NCBI GenBank assembly: GCA_965213625.1
Contig: CBDBZU010000004.1
Location: 992,001-1,056,000, forward strand
DNA: 64,000 bases
Direction of reading: 5' to 3'
Origin: a bacterium
Lineage (GTDB): Bacteria > UBA8248
Positions 1 through 10,161 of this stretch are shown here, one piece after another (position 1 is the stretch's first letter; each line of letters starts with the position of its first letter). A program made the position numbers and the translations under genes. The notes beneath the pieces were generated by a model that did not search any database, was not told where the DNA came from, and worked only from the letters and a program-made list of their open reading frames with translations.

Positions 1-1434
1 CTCGTGAACAACCAGCCGCGCGTCATGGGCGTGAAGGAGATGCTCACCCACTTCCTGCGCTATCGCCGCGAAGTTGTTCTCAGGCGCAGCCGCTTCGAGC
101 TTAAAAAAGCCGAGAACAGGGCGCACATACTCGAGGGTTACCGCATCGCGCTCGATAACATCGAGGAGGTCATTAAACTCATTCGAGCGAGCGAGACGCC
201 CGAGCAGGCGCGCGCGGGCCTTATGCGGAATTTCGGTCTTACCCAGACCCAGGCCCAGGCCATTCTGGAAATGAGGCTCCAGCGCCTCACGGGCCTGGAG
301 CGTGACAAGATAGAGGCCGAGTACGAGGAACTCCAGAAGACCATCGCCTATCTTCGCGAAGTGCTCGTGGACGAGAAGCTGCAGACTTCCATTATCAAGG
401 AGGAGCTTCAGGAGGTCCGGGAGAAATTCGCGGATGAACGACGCACGGAGATCGTGGACGAAACGAGCGAGATATCTCTCGAGGACATGATCGTCGAAGA
501 AGACATGGCGGTCACCATCTCGAATTCCGGCTACATCAAGCGAAACGCCATCACACTGTATCGCTCACAGCGCCGGGGCGGCAAAGGCGTGATGGGAATG
601 GGGACGAAACAAGAGGATTTTGTCGAACAGCTCTTCATCGCCTCCACGCACGATTACATGATGTTCTTCACTTCGCGCGGGCGCTGCCATTGGCTGAAGG
701 TGCACGAGATTCCCCAGGGGGGCCGGGCGGCGCGAGGCAAGGCCATCGTGAACGTGCTTCAGTTGGCGGCTGGCGAGTATGTCTCCGCCGTCATGCCGGT
801 GCGCAAGTTCGAGCCCGATCGCTACATCCTTATGGCGACCAAACAAGGCGTACTCAAGAAAACGCAGCTCACGGCGTTCAGCAACCCGAGGGTTGGCGGC
901 ATCATCGCGCTCAATCTCGATGAGGGCGATGAGCTCATCGGCGTTGGCCAGACCGACGGCAGTCTCAACGTGTTCCTGGGAACGAGAGACGGCAAGGCCA
1001 TCCGCTTTCCCGAAGAGAAGGTTCGCGCCATGGGCCGGAGTGCGCGTGGCGTACGAGGAATTGATTTGGCAAATGATGATTACGTGATTGGAATGGAGGT
1101 CGTCTCGCCGGGAGACATCATTCTCACCGCCACCGAGTTCGGCTACGGTAAACGCAGCCGCGTGGATGATTACCGGCTTACCAACCGTGGTGGCAAGGGC
1201 GTGATCAACCTCAAGGTGACGGAGAAGAACGGGCCGGTAATCGGCATCCGGCGCGTGATCGAAGACGATGAATTCATGCTCATCACCACAGGGGGGCAAC
1301 TCATTCGCTCCCGGGTTCAGGACGTTTCCATCATCGGGCGCACCACGCAGGGCGTTCGCCTCATCGGGGTCAAGGAAGGGGACCGCGTCGCGGCCCTGGC
1401 CCGCATCGAGGAGAACGGAAACGGATCTCCATAA
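1..1434 (+). CDS. gyrA: DNA gyrase subunit A, 5'-truncated by window edge
   Basis: LRYRREVV..AHILEG, QAQAILEMRLQRLTGLE, GyrA-box QRRGGKG and C-terminal beta-pinwheel repeats (GRxARGVRGI). The GyrA-box favours GyrA over ParC. Confidence 0.97.
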   Translation, partial: LVNNQPRVMGVKEMLTHFLRYRREVVLRRSRFELKKAENRAHILEGYRIALDNIEEVIKLIRASETPEQARAGLMRNFGLTQTQAQAILEMRLQRLTGLERDKIEAEYEELQKTIAYLREVLVDEKLQTSIIKEELQEVREKFADERRTEIVDETSEISLEDMIVEEDMAVTISNSGYIKRNAITLYRSQRRGGKGVMGMGTKQEDFVEQLFIASTHDYMMFFTSRGRCHWLKVHEIPQGGRAARGKAIVNVLQLAAGEYVSAVMPVRKFEPDRYILMATKQGVLKKTQLTAFSNPRVGGIIALNLDEGDELIGVGQTDGSLNVFLGTRDGKAIRFPEEKVRAMGRSARGVRGIDLANDDYVIGMEVVSPGDIILTATEFGYGKRSRVDDYRLTNRGGKGVINLKVTEKNGPVIGIRRVIEDDEFMLITTGGQLIRSRVQDVSIIGRTTQGVRLIGVKEGDRVAALARIEENGNGSP

Positions 1435-1448
1435 ACACTGGGTGGGTG

Positions 1449-3062
1449 ATGCGAAAAAAGAATAAACGGGTGGTGTTCCCGTCTCGGCTCTCTGCGTGTT
1501 TCCTCGTACTGGCCTTCTTGAGTTTCGGCTGTGACGGCGTAGAGCCGCCTGTTCAGGAGGCGATAATACCTGAGCGAGAAGCCGTAAAGGCCGCCCCTCT
1601 TCCCGCCCAAACCCTTCAGCGAACACCTGTTCCAGTACCGGCAATTACTCCTCCGCCGGTGAACAAGCCGCTTTCTATTCATGAAGCTGCGCCCTCGCTG
1701 GAATCCGAACCCTCGCCGGTATTCGAGCCGTCCCCACCGAGCCGCGCTGCGATCTTGAGCGACGTAGGAGAAACGGCGTACCGACAAGAAGATTACAAAT
1801 TTGCAGAGAAGAATTTTCGCGAGGCGCTCGTTCACGAGCCGGAGCTTCTCCATGCGCTTACGGGCCTTGGCTGGACCCTGTATGACTCGAATCGTCCCGA
1901 TGAGGCCTTTTTACTTTTTCAGCTTGCGAACGAGCGTTATCCCGAAAGCGGCAGCGCGCAGCGCGGGCTCGCTTACTTGTTTTTTCGCTACGGGCGGATG
2001 AAAGAGGCGAAGGCGCTGCTCGGCTCGCTCGATAAGGCGAGGTGGCCCGAACTTGCCAACATCGAGGATGAACTCAAGGCGCGCGCCATCAAGGGTCTGC
2101 CCGCGCCTCGGCTGCCCACGAAAGACAATAAACAAGAGGAACCCGAAGAATCTCCAACCGTGCCTGAGCCGGAGAAACCATCCACCAAGCACGAACTGCA
2201 AATAAAGGCCGAGCAAGGACGAACGCCGAAACCAGAGACCAAGACCGAAGTCGCGAAACTCACGCCCCCCGAATCTGCGCCAGATGAGCTGAAACCGCCG
2301 CGCCCGCCTGACGAGGACATTGCCCCGCCGCCTCCCGTCCGCAAGCCCTCTCTCGAGGGAATGGTCACCATTCCCGGCGGTCGCTTTATGATGGGTGTTG
2401 AATTCACCAACCCGAATCGCTCGCGCAAAAGAAGGCGTAGCAGGCGCGTGAACCTTAGGACAACAGGTGGACATCCCGTCGAGGTCGCGTCGTTTCGGCT
2501 GGATAAGTTCGAGGTAACGAACGCACTTTACGAGGATTTCGTGCGGGCTACGAACGGGGCCGAGCCTCCATTTTGGCGCAAAATTCACTTCATCGGCCCG
2601 CACCTCCCCGTGGTGGGGATAACGTGGGATGAGGCGCGCGCGTATTGCGCGTGGGCGGGGAAGCGCCTGCCAACGGAGGCCGAATGGGAATACGCCGCAC
2701 AGGGCGCGGGGAAGAAGAGGCGGTATCCATGGGGCAACGCGCAACGCGACAGGAACGCCGTTTTCGGTTTAAGCCCCGACGCGGGAGGCCCCAAAGCCGT
2801 GGGAAGACGTCCCGAGGGCTCCAGCATTCAGGGTGTCGAGGACCTGGCCGGAAACGTCTGGGAGTGGGTAGAGGATGAGTTCAGGGCGAAACCAAAAGAC
2901 GCCCTGCCGCTCAGTCGAAACGGCCGTACGCTGCGAACGCTCAAGGGCGGTTCCTGGGTAAACGGGTGGTGGGCGCTGGCCTCATCGCGCAGAACGGGCG
3001 ATTTGCCAGATCGCCGATTACCCGCATACGGGTTTCGATGCGCGGCGGATGCGCCGAAATGA
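1449..3062 (+). CDS. Putative lipoprotein with TPR region, Pro/Glu-rich linkers and C-terminal FGE-sulfatase (SUMF1/EgtB-like) domain
   Basis: Lipobox-like LSFGC after hydrophobic stretch; TPR-like helices (ALTGLGWTLY, AQRGLAYLF); FGE-domain motifs FRLDKFEVTN, RLPTEAEWEYAA, DLAGNVWEWV, KGGSW, GFRCA. Confidence 0.85.
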   Translation: MRKKNKRVVFPSRLSACFLVLAFLSFGCDGVEPPVQEAIIPEREAVKAAPLPAQTLQRTPVPVPAITPPPVNKPLSIHEAAPSLESEPSPVFEPSPPSRAAILSDVGETAYRQEDYKFAEKNFREALVHEPELLHALTGLGWTLYDSNRPDEAFLLFQLANERYPESGSAQRGLAYLFFRYGRMKEAKALLGSLDKARWPELANIEDELKARAIKGLPAPRLPTKDNKQEEPEESPTVPEPEKPSTKHELQIKAEQGRTPKPETKTEVAKLTPPESAPDELKPPRPPDEDIAPPPPVRKPSLEGMVTIPGGRFMMGVEFTNPNRSRKRRRSRRVNLRTTGGHPVEVASFRLDKFEVTNALYEDFVRATNGAEPPFWRKIHFIGPHLPVVGITWDEARAYCAWAGKRLPTEAEWEYAAQGAGKKRRYPWGNAQRDRNAVFGLSPDAGGPKAVGRRPEGSSIQGVEDLAGNVWEWVEDEFRAKPKDALPLSRNGRTLRTLKGGSWVNGWWALASSRRTGDLPDRRLPAYGFRCAADAPK

Positions 3063-3134
3063 GATATATGGGTATAATCCCCCACACGTTTTAAGCAAAA
3101 CACGAATCTAGGCTCCCCGGAAAAGGAGAGTATT

Positions 3135-3677
3135 ATGCGTTCGAGAAATAAACAGTTTCTATCGGTGTTGATCGCAATGCTCGGGGTGCTCCTTTTGGCG
3201 GTGTGCGCCGAAGCGCAGAGCTTGACACCGCCTCCGCTGACACCGCCTGAAACCCCGCCTGCAGCGCCCGGCGCGGTTCCGGGCCAGCCTCAGACGGCCC
3301 CGGCGCTGGCGCCTCCCGCGCCCGCGATGCCGCAGCAAGCTCCCTTGACGCCGACGGAACCGCAGCGGCCCTTGGACCTCATCGTCACGATAACGCTGGC
3401 CACGGGCAAAGCCGAGACTTTCGCCCGCGAAATCGACCGGCTTGAGATTATCACCGGCGCCGGCGGTGCGGTCGAGATGGTTCATCTGCTTCTCGTTACT
3501 GGAGGGGAGCGCAACACGCACGTCTGGTACAATTATGGGCAGGTCGCCAAGCTGAGCTATCGCTTCGTCACTCACGAGGGGAAGGCGAAAGTGTATGTGC
3601 GCCCGCTGCAGGCCTCGCCGCCGACGAGGGAACTCACAGACAGGCTCGAGCCGCTCAGCCCGCGTGAATTTCGCTAG
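3135..3677 (+). CDS. Hypothetical secreted protein with Pro/Ala-rich N-terminal linker
   Basis: RBS AGGAG, signal peptide ending AEA-Q, Pro-rich stretch, then a small globular domain I do not recognise. Confidence 0.7.
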   Translation: MRSRNKQFLSVLIAMLGVLLLAVCAEAQSLTPPPLTPPETPPAAPGAVPGQPQTAPALAPPAPAMPQQAPLTPTEPQRPLDLIVTITLATGKAETFAREIDRLEIITGAGGAVEMVHLLLVTGGERNTHVWYNYGQVAKLSYRFVTHEGKAKVYVRPLQASPPTRELTDRLEPLSPREFR

Positions 3678-3689
3678 GGTGCTGTACCG

Positions 3690-4589
3690 ATGAACGATAA
3701 AGGCTACGCGAATCCGGGCCTTGCTCTTACGCCCGCGCAGCTAAAAGAGCGAATCGGCGAGCGCAAAAGCGATGACCTCGTCATCATCGATACCCGCCAG
3801 GCGCCTGAGTTTTGCTCGGGCCACATCGAAGGCGCCGCGCATCTGGATCTCTACGGAATTTCGCTCAACGACACCCGCCCGCAAGCGCTGGCCGCCTTCA
3901 CCTGGATGCTCGCCTATCTCATGGAGATACGAGGCGTCGATTACGACAAGACGGTGGTCTTCTATCAGGAGAACTCGGGCTTCCGCTCCGCGAGAGGATT
4001 CTGGTTCTTGGAATATCTCGGCCATGAAGATGTCCACATCCTGGACGGCGGCATCGACGCCTGGAAGGCCGAGGGGCTGCCCGTAACGCGCGAGGCCTGG
4101 CCGATGGCGGGTGGCCCTTATGAGGCGGGTGCCGAAGGCCACAAACGCATCCTGAGAACCTCGTTCGCGAGCCGGCTGAAACCATACAAGGAGGGCCGCA
4201 TCGCTACAGCGGACTACATCCTAAACCAACTGGGCAATTCGGACGTCGCGATTCACGACACGCGCTCGGAAGGCGAGTTTTTCGCCGAAAACGTCCGGGC
4301 TGCGCGTGGTGGCGCGATTCCGGGGTCGGTTCACTTGGAATGGAGCGAGGCCATCGCGAAGGACGGGGCACTCAAGCCCGCCGCCGAACTGGCGGAGCTG
4401 CTGGAACCGAGGGGCCTGACGCCCGACAAGGAAATGGTGCCGCTCTGCCAGGGCGGCTATCGCTCGGCGCACGCCTATCTCATCTACCGACTGCTCGGCT
4501 ACCCGAGGATCAGGAACTATCTCGGCTCCTGGAAGGAGTGGGGCGACAGGGAAGATTTACCCATCGAGGTCCCCAAACGAAGCGCTTAA
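3690..4589 (+). CDS. Double-domain rhodanese sulfurtransferase (SseA/TST family)
   Basis: GHIEGA, RGFWFLEYLGH, ILDGG, DTRS, GAIPGSVH, active-site CQGGYRS, NYLGSWKEWG. Confidence 0.92.
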   Translation: MNDKGYANPGLALTPAQLKERIGERKSDDLVIIDTRQAPEFCSGHIEGAAHLDLYGISLNDTRPQALAAFTWMLAYLMEIRGVDYDKTVVFYQENSGFRSARGFWFLEYLGHEDVHILDGGIDAWKAEGLPVTREAWPMAGGPYEAGAEGHKRILRTSFASRLKPYKEGRIATADYILNQLGNSDVAIHDTRSEGEFFAENVRAARGGAIPGSVHLEWSEAIAKDGALKPAAELAELLEPRGLTPDKEMVPLCQGGYRSAHAYLIYRLLGYPRIRNYLGSWKEWGDREDLPIEVPKRSA

Positions 4590-4614
4590 ACCCCCGGATC
4601 GAACACGGTGTGCC

Positions 4615-5133
4615 TTAGTCGCCCTTCATCATGCGCCAGACAGTTTGCGCGACGATGCCCGCCAATGGCGGGATCCAGAATACAGAGATTACGCGGAAGG
4701 TGAAGAACTCCGTTCCGAGGATGGGGATTTCGTACGCGAACGCGCGCACCGGGCCAATCAGCGCCGCCGAGGTGAGCATTGTTATCATCGGCCCGAAGCC
4801 GGCGCCTCCCTGCATCAGCCCGGCCACGAGCGGATAGAGGACGAAAGGCGCGCCCATGGGGAACATGAATCCCGCCAGCCAGCCAATGACGATGCCGCGC
4901 CAGCCGGAGCGATCGGAGAGCCAGTTCTGCAGTATTTCCTTCGGCAGGACGTCGGCCACAAGCGCACCGATGAACATGCCGATCATGAGCTTGGGAAGAA
5001 TGGTCACGATGAGGCTTCCCGCGCGGCCCGCGGGAGCCCAGGGCAACTCGCCTGATTTCTGGTACGCCAGAAACGCCAGGAGCAGCGCGATGCCCGCGAG
5101 AAAAAGAGAGGTTTTGTCGAATATGCCGGACAT
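4615..5133 (-). CDS. Predicted permease (DUF318/ArsP-like small membrane protein)
   Basis: Multiple TM segments; LPKEILQNWL..SGWRGI..G..PMGAPF..YP..GAGFG..YEIPILG..F..R pattern. Confidence 0.7.
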   Translation of the reverse strand: MSGIFDKTSLFLAGIALLLAFLAYQKSGELPWAPAGRAGSLIVTILPKLMIGMFIGALVADVLPKEILQNWLSDRSGWRGIVIGWLAGFMFPMGAPFVLYPLVAGLMQGGAGFGPMITMLTSAALIGPVRAFAYEIPILGTEFFTFRVISVFWIPPLAGIVAQTVWRMMKGD

Positions 5134-5291
5134 GTTCGTTCCTCATGAAAAGTGAGTCCAAAAGACGCCGGTGGAATCCGCTCGGCAGGAATTGTGAGTA
5201 TAGCCCCAACTAGCGCGCCTAGTGAACCAATCCGGCAGGTTTTGCCAAGAAGGCGAGGGCGTAGCGCTTCATCGGTTTTTGGGAGAGGAAA

Positions 5292-6560
5292 TTGACGGGA
5301 GCGTATCTCACCGATTCCGTGTCCGGTATTGGCGGGCGCCTGCGCGCGAGGCCCGAGGATTTCCGCGTGGAAGAAATTCCGCTCACGCCACCGAGCGGCG
5401 ACGGTGAGCATCTCCACTTGCGGGTGGAGAAGCGGGGCGTCTCCACCATCGAGGCGCTGCGCGTTTTGTGCCGGGCGCTGGAGACTCCCGAGGCGGAGGC
5501 GGGCTATGCGGGCCTGAAAGACGCCAATGCGGTGACGAAGCAGTGGTTTTCATTCAAGACGAAAACACAGATGATTCCGGACGCCGTCTTGAGGCTGGAG
5601 CAAAAGGGGATCCGGGTTCTGGAGGCAGAGCGCTCTCGAACACGGGTGAAACGCGGCGCACTTTCAGGCAATCGTTTCGAGATTTTGGTTCGAGATGTCG
5701 GCCCAGGCGCCGAGGAGAAAGCCCGAAAGATTCTGGACTGCCTCATCGCGAGGGGATTGCCCAATGCTTTCGGCGATCAGAGGTTCGGCGTTCACGGCCA
5801 TACGGCGCAGGTCGGGCTTGCGATCTCGAGGGGAGACTGGCGGGGCGTTCTCGATGCGCTCTTTGGTTCCGCGAGATTCTCCCATGCGCAGGGTGGTGTC
5901 GATGCCCGCCTCCTGGAAGCCGCCCAGAGGTATGAGGCGGGCGAGTTCAGAGATGCGAGGAAACTCTATCCCCCCTCATGGGAGGCGGAAAGGCGTGCGC
6001 TTTCCGGCCTGGAGAAAGGAGCCTCACCTCGGCAGGCGGTGGCTTCGATTCCCCTGAGGGAGCGGGTCCTGTATGGCGGCGCGTTTCAGGCGGCAGTTTT
6101 TAACTTATGTCTTGCAAGAAGACTCGAAGCGCGTGCGCACGATCGAGCCTGGGCGGGCGACGTGATTTTTCATCACGAAACGGGCAAGACCAGGAGGGTA
6201 GGCGCCCCCGAAGCGGTGGAGCTTGCACTCGATCAATTTCAAGTGAGCCCGGCGGGACCGTTGATTGGCCGGAAACTCCTCGAAGCCCGCGGGGAGGCGG
6301 GAAAACTCGAGCGAAGCGTGCTAGACTCCCTCGGCGTTGGAGGCTTGGAAGTTCTCGACGGGTTGGAAAGACTGAAGCTTCATGGCTCCAGGCGACCGTA
6401 TCGTGTACAAATAAAAGAAGTGTGCCTGAGGCTGGAAAATGAAGGCCTGCGCCTCGTCTTCACGCTATCGCCGGGGGCGTATGCGAGCGAGGTATTGCGG
6501 GAGTTGACGAAGAACGATCCGCCGGTGGGCGCCGTCACGCGCATCGGAGGCGAATGCTGA
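5292..6560 (+). CDS. truD: tRNA pseudouridine(13) synthase TruD
   Basis: PEDFRVEE, GYAGLKD..AVTKQW, GNRFEI, PNAFGDQRFG, F.L.PGAYA..VLREL; TTG start with GAGG RBS. Confidence 0.95.
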   Translation: MTGAYLTDSVSGIGGRLRARPEDFRVEEIPLTPPSGDGEHLHLRVEKRGVSTIEALRVLCRALETPEAEAGYAGLKDANAVTKQWFSFKTKTQMIPDAVLRLEQKGIRVLEAERSRTRVKRGALSGNRFEILVRDVGPGAEEKARKILDCLIARGLPNAFGDQRFGVHGHTAQVGLAISRGDWRGVLDALFGSARFSHAQGGVDARLLEAAQRYEAGEFRDARKLYPPSWEAERRALSGLEKGASPRQAVASIPLRERVLYGGAFQAAVFNLCLARRLEARAHDRAWAGDVIFHHETGKTRRVGAPEAVELALDQFQVSPAGPLIGRKLLEARGEAGKLERSVLDSLGVGGLEVLDGLERLKLHGSRRPYRVQIKEVCLRLENEGLRLVFTLSPGAYASEVLRELTKNDPPVGAVTRIGGEC

Positions 6561-6596
6561 GCGGACGCATCCGCTTTGTGGGGGAGGAAGTGAATA

Positions 6597-7499
6597 ATGA
6601 AGGTTTTTCTGACGGGCGGAACTGGATATGTCGGCGGCACCCTGCTTTCACTTCTGTCGCTGGCGGGCCATGAGATCAGGGTGCTTTCACGCGACCCCGA
6701 GCCGGCGAGGCAGCGCCTCGCCTCGGTGAGCGGGGCCTTTCCCGTGCGCGGCGACATAACGGAGTATTCGGTCGATCAACTCGCCGAACTGATGAAGAAA
6801 CAAGACGCCGTGATCCACCTGGTGGGCATCATTATCGAGAAGGGAACGCCCGGCTTCGAGGCCATCCACACGGAAGGCACGCGCCGCATGGTGGCCGCCG
6901 CCGAGCAGGCGGGGGTGAAGCGCTTTGTGCACATGAGCGCGCTGGGCACGAGGGAGAACGCCGTCGCCCGATATCACAAATCCAAATTCGCAGCCGAGCA
7001 GTTCGTTCGCGAGAGTGACCTGGACTGGACGATTTTCAGGCCCTCCATCATCTTCGGCGAGAACGACGAATTCCTGAACACCTTCGCCGGTATCGCGCGC
7101 ATGGCGCCCGCGCTTCCCCTTATTGGTGGAGGCACGGGCAAGCTCCAGCCCATCTGGGTGGAGGACGTGTGCCGCTGCTTTGCGCAATGCCTGGGCATGC
7201 CCGAGACCATCGGACAGACGTACGATATGGGGGGAGGCACGGCCTATCCGGTCAGGGAGATTCTTTCCATACTGTTGAAGGCGATGGGTAAAAAGAGGCT
7301 GCTCGTGCCTCTGCCCATCGCCATCGCTCGCTTACAGGCCAAGCTGTTCAATTTGCTCCCGATGAAGCCCCCCTTCACCGAGGATCAGATAACGATGCTG
7401 GGTGAAGACAACGTGTGCGACCCGGCGCCAATGAAAGAAGCTTTCGGCCTTACACCCAGAACGCTCGAGAATTATCTGGCGGATCATTTCGGCAGGTAG
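6597..7499 (+). CDS. NAD-dependent epimerase/dehydratase, complex I NDUFA9-like family
   Basis: TGGTGYVG Rossmann motif, VIHLVGII.E, MSALG, YHKSK, RPSIIFG, LQPIWVEDV. Confidence 0.9.
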   Translation: MKVFLTGGTGYVGGTLLSLLSLAGHEIRVLSRDPEPARQRLASVSGAFPVRGDITEYSVDQLAELMKKQDAVIHLVGIIIEKGTPGFEAIHTEGTRRMVAAAEQAGVKRFVHMSALGTRENAVARYHKSKFAAEQFVRESDLDWTIFRPSIIFGENDEFLNTFAGIARMAPALPLIGGGTGKLQPIWVEDVCRCFAQCLGMPETIGQTYDMGGGTAYPVREILSILLKAMGKKRLLVPLPIAIARLQAKLFNLLPMKPPFTEDQITMLGEDNVCDPAPMKEAFGLTPRTLENYLADHFGR

Positions 7500-7541
7500 G
7501 TTTCAAGCGACAGATTTTAATAGCGGAGGCGCGCCCGCGCC

Positions 7542-8678
7542 TTACAGCTCGCCTTGTATTCCATGATGTGCGCTTTTTGCCGCGCGCCACGCGGCCCGCT
7601 GGGCGGAGGAGACCGCCAGCGTGCGGAAATCCTCCTCGGACGCCCAAAAGAGGCCGTCCCGATTCGTTGCTGGCGCTTCCTTCTCGAACAATACCGCCAG
7701 ATGCACGACGAACAGAATCTTCCTGTGGGTGAGAGTTCTCGTGATTCTGGCGAGTTCGCGCCCCGGGCGCCAGCCCGGCCCGAGGAGCTTTGCGCACTGC
7801 GCTTTCAGGAGGCGCGGGTCGGCCCTCTCGAGGTGGCCCCCCACCATAAAACCGGGCAACTCCCACATGCCGCCGAAGAGGCCGGTTTTCCCCCTTTGGG
7901 AGAGTAGAACCAGCCCGTCCCGTTCCGCCCGGAACTGGAAGACGGTTACCGGAGCGGGCGGCTTTTTGGCGGTTTTCACCGGCAGGACGTTCTGGGTTTC
8001 GGCTTCGTTTGCTGCGCACTGAACCCGGGCAGGGCATCGCGCGCAATCGGGGTTTTTGGGAAGACAAACTTGAGAACCCAAGTCCATCAACGCCTGGTTG
8101 AAGTCGCCGGGTCTTGCGCGCGAAACCAGGGCTTGCGTTTCCTCGCGGATGGTTTTTTGAGCAGGCGGAGTGTCGACGGGGAGCGAGAGGTTGAGAATTC
8201 TGCTCATAATTCGCAGGACGTTCCCGTCGATGGCCGCGCAGCGCTCCCCGAAGGCGATGCTGGCGATCGCCCCCGCCATGTAAGGGCCGACCCCAGGAAG
8301 AGCCAGCAGCGCATCACGCGTTTGGGGCATCGCGCCATCGCCCATCACCTCCTGCGCGGCGCGGTGGAGATTTCTCGCGCGTCCGTAATAGCCGAGGCCC
8401 TGCCATTCGGCCAGCACGGCGTCGAGAGGCGCGTCTGCCAGAGCGGGGAGTGTGGGAAACCGCCTAATGAAGATCGGGTAGCGGAGGCGGACGGTTTCCG
8501 CGCGGGTCTGCTGGAGCATGGCCTCCGACACCCATATCCGGTAGGGGTCTTTCTCCCCGCGCCAGGGGAGTTCTCTTTTCTCCCGGTCGTACCAGCTCAG
8601 GATGCGCCTTCTGAACCTTCTGCGATCGGAAGGAGTGAGCAGGAGGCTCTTTGGTATATTTTTCATTTTGTTTGACAT
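7542..8678 (-). CDS. mutY: A/G-specific adenine glycosylase MutY
   Basis: RELPWR, WVSEAMLQQT, GLGYYGRARNLH, HhH LPGVGPY, DGNVLR, FNQALMDLG, Fe-S motif CLPKNPDCARCPARVQC. Confidence 0.96.
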   Translation of the reverse strand: MSNKMKNIPKSLLLTPSDRRRFRRRILSWYDREKRELPWRGEKDPYRIWVSEAMLQQTRAETVRLRYPIFIRRFPTLPALADAPLDAVLAEWQGLGYYGRARNLHRAAQEVMGDGAMPQTRDALLALPGVGPYMAGAIASIAFGERCAAIDGNVLRIMSRILNLSLPVDTPPAQKTIREETQALVSRARPGDFNQALMDLGSQVCLPKNPDCARCPARVQCAANEAETQNVLPVKTAKKPPAPVTVFQFRAERDGLVLLSQRGKTGLFGGMWELPGFMVGGHLERADPRLLKAQCAKLLGPGWRPGRELARITRTLTHRKILFVVHLAVLFEKEAPATNRDGLFWASEEDFRTLAVSSAQRAAWRAAKSAHHGIQGEL

Positions 8679-8753
8679 GCGTCGGGCCAGCCGTTATCAA
8701 ATTAAATAGGGTTTCCGAATACGGCGCTCGAAGTTTCGGGGTAATGATAGAAC

Positions 8754-9926
8754 ATGAGCGTGGCGATCAAAAACGGATGGCGTATGCGGTGGGTGGCGGC
8801 GCTGGCGGCATTCATTTGCGTCTGCGCATGGGCTGTGGATTCGGCCCCGGCAGAGAGAATCGTCGTCGGTTCGGCGCTTGATCTCACAGGCCCGGGCGCG
8901 GCTGGAGGCCGGGAAGCCCGTAACGCTCTGTTGCTCGAAATGGCGCGTATCAACCGCAGGGGCGTCGCCGGCGGCCGCATCTTTCTTCTTACCCTCGACA
9001 CCAAGGGAAGCCCCGAGGGGACGACTTTTGCGGTCCGCGAACTCGCTCGAAAGCATAAAGCCGTCGCCGTAATCGGGCCTGTCGAACATTACGCCGCCAT
9101 CGCCGCCGCCAAAGCGGCGCAAGAAGAACGAATACCGCTATTCTCCCTGACCGCGCCTGAGGAAATTCTCGTACCGCCGCGCAAATGGGTATTCTCCACG
9201 GCAAGGCCGGCGCCGCTGCCCGGTCGCTTGATACTTGGCCACATGAAGAGCAGGGGAATCAGGCGCGTGGCGATGCTGGGCTCCTCCCGGGGCTACGGCA
9301 CGGAGGGGCGTGAGCAGATTACCGCGCTCGCGCCCGATTTCGGCGTGTCCATCCTGTTTAACGAATCCTTCAAATCGGGCGAACATAATTTTCTGCCCTT
9401 TCTGAAGCGAGCCTCCCTGCGCGGCGTCGGGGGCTTCGTGCACTGGGCGCGCGGGGGGTCACGCCTGGATCTTGTGCGAGCCCGCGCGGCGCTCGACCTC
9501 AAGATGCCGCTCTACCTCTCCCATGCGTCTCCCGGGATGCTCGGCTCCAAAAGCGGGGGAAAAGCCGCCGAGGGCGTAGTGTTTCCGGCTTCGTGGATCA
9601 TGGTTGCCCACCTTCTTCCCGAGTCGCACTCCGCCAGGATGGCCCTCACGGCGTTTCGGGACGAGTACCTGAAGACCTACAAGAGCGCGCCGGGCGAGAC
9701 GGCCGCCGCCGCCGTCGACGCGCTGCGTATCTTGGCGTGGTCCGCCCGGGGCGTGGGCGCGAACCGGGCGAGAATCCCTGCCGGCGTGGAGGGGGCGCGT
9801 TATTTCACGGGACTGAACGGGACTTATGGCTTTTCCAAAAACGACCACAACGGACTCGACGCCGATTCCCTTGTGCTGGTGCAGGTGCAAAATGGCAAGT
9901 GGGAGTTGGTGAAGGAGGGGAAATAG
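8754..9926 (+). CDS. Branched-chain amino acid-type ABC substrate-binding protein (LivJ/LivK-like), orphan
   Basis: Signal peptide; DLTGPGA..G, IN.RGVAG..I.L.TLDT, AVIGP, GYGTEG, GLNGTYGFS..DH.G. Confidence 0.85.
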   Translation: MSVAIKNGWRMRWVAALAAFICVCAWAVDSAPAERIVVGSALDLTGPGAAGGREARNALLLEMARINRRGVAGGRIFLLTLDTKGSPEGTTFAVRELARKHKAVAVIGPVEHYAAIAAAKAAQEERIPLFSLTAPEEILVPPRKWVFSTARPAPLPGRLILGHMKSRGIRRVAMLGSSRGYGTEGREQITALAPDFGVSILFNESFKSGEHNFLPFLKRASLRGVGGFVHWARGGSRLDLVRARAALDLKMPLYLSHASPGMLGSKSGGKAAEGVVFPASWIMVAHLLPESHSARMALTAFRDEYLKTYKSAPGETAAAAVDALRILAWSARGVGANRARIPAGVEGARYFTGLNGTYGFSKNDHNGLDADSLVLVQVQNGKWELVKEGK

Positions 9927-10016
9927 GTTGCGGCGCGATTAACCGGAGATAACGCAATCGGCGTTGGCAGACTGCCCCCATCCCCTCTTAAGTGTTGATT
10001 TTATAGCCACAAACCC

Positions 10017-10045
10017 TTGACAGAAACCCGTTTGGGGCGTATATA
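10017..10045 (+). promoter_or_regulatory. Sigma70-type promoter of isc operon
   Basis: TTGACA (10017-10022), 17 bp spacer, TATATA (10040-10045), about 115 bp upstream of iscR. Confidence 0.75.
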
Positions 10046-10083
10046 TGCGACTGGATGGGTCGGCGACCATTTGGGTCGCATTT
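10043..10083 (+). promoter_or_regulatory. Two tandem IscR type-1-like operator boxes
   Basis: GAC-N7-GTC dyads at 10049-10061 and 10065-10077 (GCGACCATTTGGGTCGC), the same core spacing as IscR type-1 sites, overlapping the predicted transcription start. Confidence 0.6.
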
Positions 10084-10161
10084 GTTGGGGGAAAGACGCC
10101 GTCAGCTTCCAAATGGTCGGATTTGACCGATAACCCTGTATAATTCAAGGCGGTAAGTGAG

